Shown: one piece after another, positions 26,789 to 35,369 of the stretch
Numbering within the stretch: the stretch's first letter is position 1
Layout: every line of letters begins with the position of its first letter
IMG/VR virus record: IMGVR_UViG_3300005326_000743
Location: 1 to 51,090 of that record
Strand: one strand, 5' to 3'
Length of the DNA stretch: 51,090 nucleotides
DNA from: a virus
Lineage: Duplodnaviria > Caudoviricetes
Notes under the pieces: generated by a model
Seen by the model: the letters and a program-made list of their open reading frames with translations, nothing else
What the model was told of the DNA's origin: nothing
The model's database searches: none
Made by a program: the position numbers and the translations under genes

Positions 26789-27724
26789 CTAAAATCTGTT
26801 TAAATATTCCACTACCGGAACAAGCGGATCAATCTTCCCGGCCCGGATTTCTTCCAGCCGGTGCCTCGAACTGGTAACGGATATGGGTGGAAGCATCCGA
26901 ATATATTCACTGGGGTTTTTAATCAATTGCTGCCAGTCGATCTGCTTCCTGGTCTCCAGTCTAATCTTTCGGTTGTCGGTAAGGCTCACCACCTGCACCC
27001 CGGCCAGGTTTGCCAAAACTGCGGCATGGTAGCGGCCGGTGATTAGCAGGTCGGAACCGGCAATCACGTTATAAAGATAGTCCGGGGTATCAAAATAATG
27101 CTCTACTGTCGTACGCTCAGGCTTTACCCTCCTGGCCAGCTTTTCCGTTCTGGGGTCATCGAGTATCGAAAAAGATACTAAATTGGTCACGCCCTGCCAG
27201 AAATTTTCGGGTATTTCGACATTCCCAACCGGGCATAGGGTAACCATCGGGGCATGAGAAAAAATTCTTTTAACCGGCATTCGATAGGCCGGTTTGAACA
27301 GATACCCAAAATCCGGATAAGCATGAACCCCGTTAAAATTGCCCCGTAGTGATTCGATTATGGGCAGATCGTCTAAGTGCCTGGTGATAATCAAGTCGGC
27401 TCCACGGCAAGCCTGAGCGGTGAGGCCGTTGAGTTTAACGTGCTCGACACCTTGCAGGCCAATCCCCATTAAGATAAATGGCTTCTTGAGATAGGTCTTA
27501 AAATATTCTTCATGGCCAGAATCGGAATCATATAACAGCCCTCCCGGGCCGATGATCCTCAGATCAACCGAATCGCTAAGTTCTTGATCCGGGTAAGGGC
27601 GGTCGACAAAAAACTGAATCTCCGGGAACCGCTCGCCCAGCATTTTAAGGGCGATGTCCCGAAGGAGGTTGTCACCTAGGTTGCCGTAGCCAAAGGCCCC
27701 GGCTAAAAGCGCGGTTTTAATCAT
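26789..27724 (-). CDS. Polysaccharide pyruvyl transferase family protein
   Basis: GAFGYGNLGDNL, IIGPGGLL, YPDFGY, LITGRYHAAVLA motifs. Confidence 0.85.
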   Translation of the reverse strand: MIKTALLAGAFGYGNLGDNLLRDIALKMLGERFPEIQFFVDRPYPDQELSDSVDLRIIGPGGLLYDSDSGHEEYFKTYLKKPFILMGIGLQGVEHVKLNGLTAQACRGADLIITRHLDDLPIIESLRGNFNGVHAYPDFGYLFKPAYRMPVKRIFSHAPMVTLCPVGNVEIPENFWQGVTNLVSFSILDDPRTEKLARRVKPERTTVEHYFDTPDYLYNVIAGSDLLITGRYHAAVLANLAGVQVVSLTDNRKIRLETRKQIDWQQLIKNPSEYIRMLPPISVTSSRHRLEEIRAGKIDPLVPVVEYLNRF

Positions 27725-27884
27725 TACTTTTTTCCCCTCTCGGCCCCTTAATCCACTTTTTAATTTCGTTCAGCATCGCTCTTTTGGTCGCATCAAGAAC
27801 GATAAATTTAAAATACACATCCACGGCAACCCTGGAGAAAATCATCAACCCAAAAGCCACCGCCAGAAAACTCCAGATATTCAT
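27717..27884 (-). CDS. Small membrane protein
   Basis: Start MNIWSF overlaps the methyltransferase stop; one TM helix. Confidence 0.5.
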   Translation of the reverse strand: MNIWSFLAVAFGLMIFSRVAVDVYFKFIVLDATKRAMLNEIKKWIKGPRGEKSND

Positions 27885-28675
27885 TGGTTTCTTCCCCCCT
27901 TCGGTTTCTGTGCCCGGATTAAATAGCAAAAGGCATATTCGGCCCCAACCAGGCGACCCAGATCACGCATCGTCTTGACCATCAGTGAATCATTGTCTGT
28001 TAGCTGGCGCAGTGTTTGATTTTCCATCACCCCCCAGTAAGGCATGAGGAAGGCGCCGGAGGTTTTAACGATTTCAAAACCGGAATTGTGAAGAAGTTCG
28101 GTGGCCTCCCTGAAAGTAAATTCTTTGATGTGGTCAGATGAACAGGTAAAGTCCGGCCTATTTAAGGCGCGGTTTATTCGCAGGTGTAGAGAATTACGGT
28201 TTGGTGAGCTAATCACCAAGGCCCCTCCCGGCTTCAAAACCCGATAAGCCCCGGCAATGCACTTATCCGGATGCGGAAGATGCTCAATGGCTTCTCTGGC
28301 CACCACCAGATCAAAGCTTTTTTCAGCGAAAGGAATCTCCTCGGCATCTCCCTGGATGAACTTAAAGTTGTCGTGATCCCCATATTTACCCCGGGCTATT
28401 TTAACCGCCACATCCGAAAGCTCCAGCCCAACATATTCCTTCACATCCTTGGGCTTAATGATGTTGGCCAGGCCGCCTTCCCCGCAGCAAAGATCAAGGA
28501 TTCGCTTGCCCTTCCATGGGGACATCAACTCAAAGACTTGCCGCTCCAATTCCTTCCCTCGCTCAACGTCCCAAAGAGTGCCCATCTGATAGGCGGTTCC
28601 GTCGGCAAATCTTTCGTTCATCTGCTCCCGGATAGTGGCATCGGAATTTGTTTCACCCCAAATCTGCGATTTCAT
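27881..28675 (-). CDS. Class I SAM-dependent methyltransferase (Methyltransf_11-like, small molecule/glycan type)
   Basis: ILDLCCGEG, QGDAEEIPF..SFDLVV, EHLPHP, RVLKPGG, DHIKEFT. Confidence 0.9.
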   Translation of the reverse strand: MKSQIWGETNSDATIREQMNERFADGTAYQMGTLWDVERGKELERQVFELMSPWKGKRILDLCCGEGGLANIIKPKDVKEYVGLELSDVAVKIARGKYGDHDNFKFIQGDAEEIPFAEKSFDLVVAREAIEHLPHPDKCIAGAYRVLKPGGALVISSPNRNSLHLRINRALNRPDFTCSSDHIKEFTFREATELLHNSGFEIVKTSGAFLMPYWGVMENQTLRQLTDNDSLMVKTMRDLGRLVGAEYAFCYLIRAQKPKGGRNQ

Positions 28676-29952
28676 AACGACCTCCCTGCCGGCGGATTGG
28701 CGAGCAATTCCGCCTGAGCATTCCTTAATAGCTGCTCCCATTGAGGGACAATAAACTTGTCATAATCGTAAGCCTGGGCGAACTTGTGGCATTGGGCCCC
28801 GAGCTCGTCCAGGAAATTGCGGTCATCAGCAAGTAAAAGTATTTTCTTGATCAGCTCGTCGGTGTTGGTCAGATGCCTAACCAAATTGGCTCCCCCGTCG
28901 ATGAAGGTGTTTTTCACCGGCAGCCTCTCGAACTGATCAGCACAGTTTTCGGTAAGGCTTGTGCAATCCGTAACCAAGCACGGAATACCCATAGCACGGC
29001 TATAAAGTGGCGGGATCCCAAAGCCTTCCCCGGTGGTTAGCAGAACTTGAACGTCTGCGATCCCATAAACCGTCCGCATGTCATCGTCCGTGCAATTCAG
29101 CCAGCGCCGAGTATCAATACAACGCTTGGTCAGTCCATAATGATCGAGGAGATGGAGAATATCATGCCCCCCCTCGAACTTTCCGTTTTCAAATTGAGTA
29201 TGGAGATAAAAAAAGACATTCGATTTCTGCCGGCACACTTCGGCCATGGCAGGAATGAAGTCCTCGAACTTTTTCCTATGCTGGTTGGTCCCGATCATCC
29301 CGACAATGAAAAGATTCTCCGGCAATTCCATCGCCTCATAAATCCCCAGTTTCCGCCGGGCATCATCCTTTTTAATGGGGTAAAACACCGAAGTATCTAC
29401 GCCATGGGGGATGAAGGGGATTGACTGGCCAAGTTCGCGCTTGATGGTTTTCTGAATCCAACTTGAGCAGCACACGGGTATATCGGTCTGCTGGATTATG
29501 TCGGTCAGGTCGGGATATAATTTCTCCCCCGGGCATAACCCGTCAATCGGAAAGTAGGAGAGGTGAAAGAATCCCCGACTTTGGTGACTCAAGGTTTTCA
29601 AGTGGGCCTTGCTTACCCCTGCCTTCTCCGGCCGGGAAATAAAGTCGAACCGCTGGACATCGCCACAATACCAAACGACATCCGGCCACTTCCCAAACCG
29701 ATGCCTAAACCGTCCAATGGCATCCGGAACGCAATCCTTTCCAAAGGAGTCACCCCTGACCGAGAGGATTGGGAATCCCTGGAACTCGTCGGGCAAAAAC
29801 ATCTGCCAACCGTCGAATCCAAAGCCCAACAGCACAGGGTTGATAACTCCCTTCTGGGTTAATTTTCGCAGGGGGTAATTAAGGGCGGCCCCCAATCCCG
29901 TCCTTGTCGTAAAATCTCCAAACGCGATGACGTCCAATGGCTGATCCTTCAT
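28672..29952 (-). CDS. GT-B fold glycosyltransferase (GT4-like)
   Basis: IPHGVDTSVFYP, GTNQHRK, TTGEGFGIP, GIPCLVTD motifs; start MKDQP. Confidence 0.9.
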   Translation of the reverse strand: MKDQPLDVIAFGDFTTRTGLGAALNYPLRKLTQKGVINPVLLGFGFDGWQMFLPDEFQGFPILSVRGDSFGKDCVPDAIGRFRHRFGKWPDVVWYCGDVQRFDFISRPEKAGVSKAHLKTLSHQSRGFFHLSYFPIDGLCPGEKLYPDLTDIIQQTDIPVCCSSWIQKTIKRELGQSIPFIPHGVDTSVFYPIKKDDARRKLGIYEAMELPENLFIVGMIGTNQHRKKFEDFIPAMAEVCRQKSNVFFYLHTQFENGKFEGGHDILHLLDHYGLTKRCIDTRRWLNCTDDDMRTVYGIADVQVLLTTGEGFGIPPLYSRAMGIPCLVTDCTSLTENCADQFERLPVKNTFIDGGANLVRHLTNTDELIKKILLLADDRNFLDELGAQCHKFAQAYDYDKFIVPQWEQLLRNAQAELLANPPAGRSL

Positions 29953-30188
29953 CTCTTTTTGGCCCTTTCTTCTTGATTTTTTTGATCCACATAGGAGAGC
30001 AGACAACCGGTGCACTCCTTTTTATCGCCCTCTCGCTCACACCGTCCGCATATTCGTTCAATCTTGTTCAGTAACCAAGGCTTGTCAGCATAAGCTAAAA
30101 CAAGATTCTCCCAGTCTGGCCTAAGTCCGACTGACCCGTGATCTATTTCGTAGTGCGATTGAATTGCGGCCTGGCGCAGACTGTCCAT
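29949..30188 (-). CDS. Hypothetical Cys-rich protein
   Basis: RBS GGAGGAG; CxxC..CxxC; ATGA overlap with the GT gene. Confidence 0.55.
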   Translation of the reverse strand: MDSLRQAAIQSHYEIDHGSVGLRPDWENLVLAYADKPWLLNKIERICGRCEREGDKKECTGCLLSYVDQKNQEERAKKR

Positions 30189-30312
30189 GTTTCTCCTCCT
30201 TGCTTTCCTTGATTTTTCCCCAGATGATGGCGCAGAAGCTCCCGAAGATCAGCCCCAGGATAAACCCAGCGGCTACTCCATAGGATAAACCGGCGTGGTA
30301 GTCGGTGATCAT
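30121..30312 (-). CDS. Small membrane protein
   Basis: ATGA coupling, one TM helix. Confidence 0.45.
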   Translation of the reverse strand: MITDYHAGLSYGVAAGFILGLIFGSFCAIIWGKIKESKEEKHGQSAPGRNSIALRNRSRVSRT

Positions 30313-30614
30313 GGCTTTAACCCCTCCTTGCGCTTCTTTCTCCCCACATACCCAAGGGCAAAACCAGCCGAAATAAACAGCATGAACTTGATAAATTGAG
30401 TGGTCCCGCGGAGATCACACCCAATAATTACAGTTATCAACCCAATGACCGCTACTGGAGCAATAATATAGGGAAGGTACAATTTACCAGAGTTGATTTC
30501 CCCCTTTTCCTCTTGCGGAAGCTTCGTGATTTTGTTAAAAACCGCAAAATCATAAATCATCAACCCGGCCATGCTCGCGATAAAGAAAATCGCACACCAA
30601 GCAAGTTCCCTCAT
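30309..30614 (-). CDS. Three-TM membrane protein
   Basis: RBS GAGGAGGAG; hydrophobic helices. Confidence 0.55.
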   Translation of the reverse strand: MRELAWCAIFFIASMAGLMIYDFAVFNKITKLPQEEKGEINSGKLYLPYIIAPVAVIGLITVIIGCDLRGTTQFIKFMLFISAGFALGYVGRKKRKEGLKP

Positions 30615-30719
30615 TCTCTCCTCCTCAGTTCCACCAGATCCAGAAGCTGCCGTTCAGCCTCTCCCGGTGGTAAACTTTCCTTTCGATGAATTTATAGGCC
30701 CGGATTAGCCGCGGGCCAA

Positions 30720-31088
30720 CTAAAATAATCCGCATTCAGTTTCCTCGAGCGTAATTTCCGTCCGGGGATTTTTGCGGTCATACCCCTGCCGGTGCTTGCC
30801 GTGGATGAGATGCGCCCGGTCGTCATTCACGATCAACCCGCATTTGCGCATGGCATCAATAATCGGCTTAAACCCGCCCCGAAAGTTGTCGTCATCTAGC
30901 CCGACAGGGCTTTTTGAGTAGCGCACAATCGTCAGAACCGGCTTGACGAATGCGTGGCCAGCCGCCTCAATGCGGATCTGTTTTTTCCACCATTCGGCCA
31001 TGGTTACATAGGCCCACCGGTTCCGCTTGTTGATTATCTCGTTTAGGCTGGGGGTCGAGCGGCTGATGGTGAAGGTTAGGGTTTTCAT
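30720..31088 (-). CDS. RusA-like Holliday junction resolvase
   Basis: PSLNE, LDDDNF..KPIIDAM..GLIVNDD, NPRTEI motifs. Confidence 0.8.
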   Translation of the reverse strand: MKTLTFTISRSTPSLNEIINKRNRWAYVTMAEWWKKQIRIEAAGHAFVKPVLTIVRYSKSPVGLDDDNFRGGFKPIIDAMRKCGLIVNDDRAHLIHGKHRQGYDRKNPRTEITLEETECGLF

Positions 31089-31585
31089 TCGCGCACCTCC
31101 TCAATAATCTCCAGGCGCGACCATTGGTCGAGCGGAAAATACCTAAAACACCACTCGCCTTCACACAGATAGACTTTACCCCGTTGCTGTGTTCCATCGT
31201 TATCCAACCCCTGGACGGTATCTCCCCCAAAAATCTTAAGACCATAAATATCAACCTTCCCTGTGAAGCCGTGAAACTTACTCTCTTCCCGCCTGGCTCT
31301 TACCCGCGCCTGTTTCAGGTGCCAGCGGGTGGGCTCCGGATGATCAGCTTTCCATTCCCGAGCCGGCTTAATCGCCGCCCGAATGTCCTCAGCCAGAGAG
31401 CTTTTCAGGTTTAGCAGTTGGCTGGCCTCCCGCTCTTCCGGGGTGAGCTTGGCGAACTCTTCCTCGGCACACGCCTCGCAAATCGGATCGAGCATTTTCC
31501 CAGAGTCGCAATCAGCTCCCAGCCCGCACCATTTGCATTCGGCGCAATCAATTTCCCGGCCGCAAGGCCCTGAGCATTTACACAT
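31085..31585 (-). CDS. Cys-rich protein with YopX-like C-terminus
   Basis: FTGKVDIYGLKIFGGDTV resembles the YopX motif. Confidence 0.55.
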   Translation of the reverse strand: MCKCSGPCGREIDCAECKWCGLGADCDSGKMLDPICEACAEEEFAKLTPEEREASQLLNLKSSLAEDIRAAIKPAREWKADHPEPTRWHLKQARVRARREESKFHGFTGKVDIYGLKIFGGDTVQGLDNDGTQQRGKVYLCEGEWCFRYFPLDQWSRLEIIEEVRE

Positions 31586-32882
31586 GACTAGCCCCTCCTT
31601 CCGAATTTGACTTTCCTACGCCACTTGCCACCGCCGCAACTGCCCCGGAGAACCCTTTAGCTCCCCATCCCGCCGCTTGCCGCTTAGCTTCATCAATAGC
31701 CGCTTGCTCTTCTGGCGTGATTGGACGGTTCCGGCACTCGTTGCAGGTGATGAATTTCTCGGGGCTCATCCCGCCCCACTCGCTGAGAGGAACGGGGATT
31801 TTCTTGCCGCACTCCTCGCAGACTTTAAAGCGAGGCTTGGGGACTTGGGGCAACTCCCAGCCTTCGGTGATCGCCTTGATCAGCGCGCCGGCCGGGGATT
31901 CAACCTCCCGAAACGGCAGGTGCTCGATCTGAGCCTTAACCTGGGTGGAATATTTTCTCAACAGCTCAGCAGCTTTGCCCGGATTTACCCCAAGGGCAAC
32001 CAGGTGAGCGTGAGCGTCTTTCTGGCCGGTGATTGAAAACGACAACTCCCGGAACTGCGGGAACTTGCGAAAGAATGGCCAATCTTGTTTGAATCCAGGG
32101 ACTTCTGCCTCCAGCTTGGCCAGCGGTGAACCGTTGGGCTTGGGTGTGACTTGCTGGGGAACCGGAGCCGTAACCTTTTCCTCAACAACCTCAACCGGTC
32201 CTTGGCTGGATTTTTCGACCGGCCCCTCCTGTAAGTTAATACCTCGGTCTATGTTGTTGTTATCTAAATTAGGTTTGGTTAGGTTAGGTTTGGTTAGGTT
32301 ACGAGTCGTGCCCGAATTTGCCCGAATTTGCCCGAATGAACCTTCTTCGGGATTTTTCGGGGTAGATGTGGTAATGGTTTCTGATTCCCCGACTTTTCCC
32401 GACTTTTCCCCGACAACGCCCGAATTTGCCCGAATAAATACGAGTAACTTTCCCTCGTGAAAGATGTATTTTCCATTCGGGCGTTCTCCTTTTGACCGAT
32501 TATCTCCCCTACTGGAAGGATAAAGCTCGAATTCTATCCATTCCGGCAGGGGTATTGTGGGGCGATTGCAACCGCTCAACTTCTGGTGCTGGTGGAAGTT
32601 CTTGCTCCAAAGGTACCCCTTGCCGCCCACCTGGTAGGGAAGCAATTTCCCGAGTTTAACCAGCTCCCCGATCCACCCGGAGATCACCTCGGGGGTAATA
32701 TCTGAATCCAGGGGGGAGGGGTAGAGGGAAACCTTCAGCTCAAACGGGTCGTTTTCCACGCACCCGGAGTCCTCGCAGGCCGCCCAGATGCTCTTGTAAA
32801 ACTCCCTAATTTCCCGGGGCAACCTAAGCAAATCTCCCGAGCTGTAAAATTCTGGTTGTGTGATCCGGGCGCGAAGTTTCAT
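31578..32882 (-). CDS. Phage replication initiator (replisome organiser type)
   Basis: RARITQPEFY..IW..EDSG N-terminus, NFHQHQK, internal iterons, C-terminal Zn finger. Confidence 0.75.
   Translation of the reverse strand: MKLRARITQPEFYSSGDLLRLPREIREFYKSIWAACEDSGCVENDPFELKVSLYPSPLDSDITPEVISGWIGELVKLGKLLPYQVGGKGYLWSKNFHQHQKLSGCNRPTIPLPEWIEFELYPSSRGDNRSKGERPNGKYIFHEGKLLVFIRANSGVVGEKSGKVGESETITTSTPKNPEEGSFGQIRANSGTTRNLTKPNLTKPNLDNNNIDRGINLQEGPVEKSSQGPVEVVEEKVTAPVPQQVTPKPNGSPLAKLEAEVPGFKQDWPFFRKFPQFRELSFSITGQKDAHAHLVALGVNPGKAAELLRKYSTQVKAQIEHLPFREVESPAGALIKAITEGWELPQVPKPRFKVCEECGKKIPVPLSEWGGMSPEKFITCNECRNRPITPEEQAAIDEAKRQAAGWGAKGFSGAVAAVASGVGKSNSEGGASHV
32271..32435. repeat. Probable replication origin with iterons
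   Basis: (A/T)GGTT x6 (32271-32300); CCCGAATTTG x2 plus a partial copy (32311-32337); CCCGACTTTT x2 and CCCGAATTTGCCCGAAT (32388-32435). Confidence 0.75.
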
Positions 32883-33082
32883 AGTTCCCCCTTTAAAGTG
32901 GCTTTAAAAATCGGGCAATTAAGGCAATAGACAGCCCTTTTCATGCTTTTGATTGGGTCGAGCAATACTGATTTTCCGATGCTTGGGAAAAGTACGGATA
33001 AGTGAGGTTCCCCCGTTTCTGGGTCTTCCCAGCGAACCTCTCTGTATGGAATTCCGAATAGGAGGAGATTGGTTTCAGCCAC
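32879..33082 (-). CDS. Hypothetical protein
   Basis: Overlaps neighbours in the early operon. Confidence 0.5.
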   Translation of the reverse strand: MAETNLLLFGIPYREVRWEDPETGEPHLSVLFPSIGKSVLLDPIKSMKRAVYCLNCPIFKATLKGEL

Positions 33083-33332
33083 GGTCTATCCCTCCCCCAT
33101 ACTCACAAGTTCCCCTGGCGCAGCCCCCGTCATCGGTCGGGCTAAGGGTACGAAAAGATCGTACCTTTCCTTCCATGTGCTCAACCACGTGCTTTAAGAG
33201 AGCCAGGAAGCCCTCCTGGTCATTCTCCTTGAGCCTCCTTGCCTCCGGGAACTTCTCCAAGCCCTCGGGGGAGAGGGTGAAGGTGATGACCCCCTCTCCG
33301 GTTTTGCTGGTGTGGAAGCAAACTTTGCTCAC
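33075..33332 (-). CDS. Hypothetical protein
   Basis: In operon. Confidence 0.5.
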   Translation of the reverse strand: MSKVCFHTSKTGEGVITFTLSPEGLEKFPEARRLKENDQEGFLALLKHVVEHMEGKVRSFRTLSPTDDGGCARGTCEYGGGIDRG

Positions 33333-33852
33333 TTATCCAGCACCTTCTTGAGTTTCCGCATGGCGCAGATGACCGGGTAGGGCAAATCCGCCAGGTCGTC
33401 CATTCCGAAAGAATTCAGCAAGTTCTTGAGCTGGTCGATTTTGGGGACTTTTTCCCCGATTTTTTCAATCTCGTCTTTAATTCCCTCGTATTTCTCGTTA
33501 ATTTCGTTGATTTTAGCCTCAGTTTTCTTAATTTTTGCCTTAATCTTGGCTTGTTTCTGCTCAGATTTCACGCCGTTTTCCTCACTTTCGTTGTTTTTGT
33601 CGGTCTTTTTGGCACAATCCGGGGCCCTTTTGTTCACTTTCTGGGCTTTTTTGGCCGGTTTTGGGGCCATTCTGACCGCCCAGAACTCGGATTTTTTCTC
33701 ATGCTCCTCGGTCAGCCTGGCGAAGTGTTCCGCCTTTTCATCCCGCGCCTGCTCCAGGGAAACCCCGTCTCGGGCGTAAACCGTGCATCCGCAAATGCAC
33801 TCGGCTTCTGCTTGGTATAGGTCATCGGGCGGCCGCACTTCGGGCAGGTCAT
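33329..33852 (-). pseudogene. Zn-ribbon/coiled-coil gene split by a frameshift near its 5' end
   Basis: Coupled start MTCPKCG at 33852 is in one frame; CICG and the coiled coil are in the -1 frame. Confidence 0.5.
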
Positions 33853-34583
33853 AGCAAATACTCCTGCGCCAAACGGCCTTCTGCCATTCGGCAATAATCC
33901 GAGTTTAACTCAATCCCTATGTAGTTCCGGCCCATTTTTTTGGCGGCTTCAGTTGTCGGCCCGTGCCCGCAAAACGGGTCAAGCACGATGTCACCGGGAT
34001 TGGAGTGCAAGCCGATGAAATGCGCCATAAGTTTAACTGGCTTTTCGGTTGGATGTTGGTCAGAGTTGGGAATTATTTTATTAATTTTTACGATGTTTGG
34101 GGTGTTGTGCCCCCCGTTCCATATACAAGCCGCTCCCGGTTTTTGCGCGATTAACATAAATTCATAATTCCTGCGGTAATGGATCCCCATCCCCAAACCG
34201 CCCTTATCCCAAACTACGGCCTGTTTAAACCCTATTATTTCGTCCATCGCTAAAGTCCACTCAGCGAATAATGGCTTAGGGCCACCACCACCACAACAAC
34301 AACAACAACAACAACGCCCCGGCTTAAGGATGCGTTTAGCCTCGCGTAAAAAACTAAGAAATAGCGCCTTGGCCTCCTCCGCGCCGTCATTTAAAATCGG
34401 GCGGGCATCTGAAATTGTTTTAGCACCACAAAAAGCCTTTTCCCAGCTATGGGCTAAGTCTCCGTTATTAAAATTAAGCCCATAGGGAGGGTCGGTTAAA
34501 ATTAAATCTATGCTTTTACCGGGGAAGGTTTTCAACACCTCCCGGCAGTCGCCGTTGATGATCTGGTTAATAGGCAGGCTCAT
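33849..34583 (-). CDS. N4/N6 DNA methyltransferase (beta class) with Cys7-Gly4 tract
   Basis: DLILTDPPY, HPTEKP, LDPFCGHG, YIGIELN. Confidence 0.92.
   Translation of the reverse strand: MSLPINQIINGDCREVLKTFPGKSIDLILTDPPYGLNFNNGDLAHSWEKAFCGAKTISDARPILNDGAEEAKALFLSFLREAKRILKPGRCCCCCCCGGGGPKPLFAEWTLAMDEIIGFKQAVVWDKGGLGMGIHYRRNYEFMLIAQKPGAACIWNGGHNTPNIVKINKIIPNSDQHPTEKPVKLMAHFIGLHSNPGDIVLDPFCGHGPTTEAAKKMGRNYIGIELNSDYCRMAEGRLAQEYLL
34284..34313. repeat. Trinucleotide microsatellite (ACC)3(ACA)7
   Basis: Perfect repeat encoding Cys7 Gly3 on the minus strand. Confidence 0.9.
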
Positions 34584-35284
34584 CTCAGCCCCTCCGGGAA
34601 CTCCTGGAGCCTGGGGAGCTCGGGTATCGCCTTTAACAGGTTTTGCTTAATAAAAATCGGGATTTGGTTTCTCTGGGCAAACTGGATAATCTCCTCAACC
34701 CATTCCCGCTTGGGGACATTTACCGGCCTTCCCGCTGAGGTTTGACAGCCGATAATGAACCACTTGCATTTATCAGCAGCCTGATAGGGTATGTTCCAAA
34801 CCCGGTTTAATAACGGTTCAAAATTAATAAACCAGTTCCTAGGTATGTTGGGGCTTGTATTTGTTAATACACTTATGTCAGCATGGCTAGTTATTGTCCA
34901 TCCGAAAAAATGATTTGGAAGCCCAAAAAATAGCGTTTCTTGCGGATAAATTAATTTTCTGGGATTTTTGGTTAAAAAGATAAATTTATGAGATGGGGCC
35001 CTATTGCAGGCATCATAAATTTGCCCCCTCCACTCTGGCGCAATACCTTCCCCCCAAAGGTCGGTCATTGACCCAACAAATATTCTCTTGCTCTTTTTGA
35101 TCGTTCCCGGGTAGTCCAGCCGGGAGGGGTGGAAAGTCGGCTCAAAGCCATTCGGATAAACGCCTGGCTGCATTTTAACCAGCCGTTTCATCATCCGGCG
35201 GGCGTAGCAATATGGGCAATTATTTAGGCATCCGGTAGTTGGGTTCCAGGTCAAGTCGCACCATTCAATTTTGCTTTTAGCCAT
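34580..35284 (-). CDS. DUF5131 / phage Gp37Gp68 family radical-SAM-like protein
   Basis: SKIEWCDLTWNPTTGCLNNCPYCYA (CxxxCxxC), IFVGSMTDL, FLTKNP, FEPLL, IFIKQ. Confidence 0.9.
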   Translation of the reverse strand: MAKSKIEWCDLTWNPTTGCLNNCPYCYARRMMKRLVKMQPGVYPNGFEPTFHPSRLDYPGTIKKSKRIFVGSMTDLWGEGIAPEWRGQIYDACNRAPSHKFIFLTKNPRKLIYPQETLFFGLPNHFFGWTITSHADISVLTNTSPNIPRNWFINFEPLLNRVWNIPYQAADKCKWFIIGCQTSAGRPVNVPKREWVEEIIQFAQRNQIPIFIKQNLLKAIPELPRLQEFPEGLR

Positions 35285-35369
35285 TTATTCTCTCCAATCC
35301 CCCGCCTGGGCCGCCGGTGTCCACTTTTGAAAGAAGGTGGGGGGATCCGACGGCCCTACGGGATAATTT

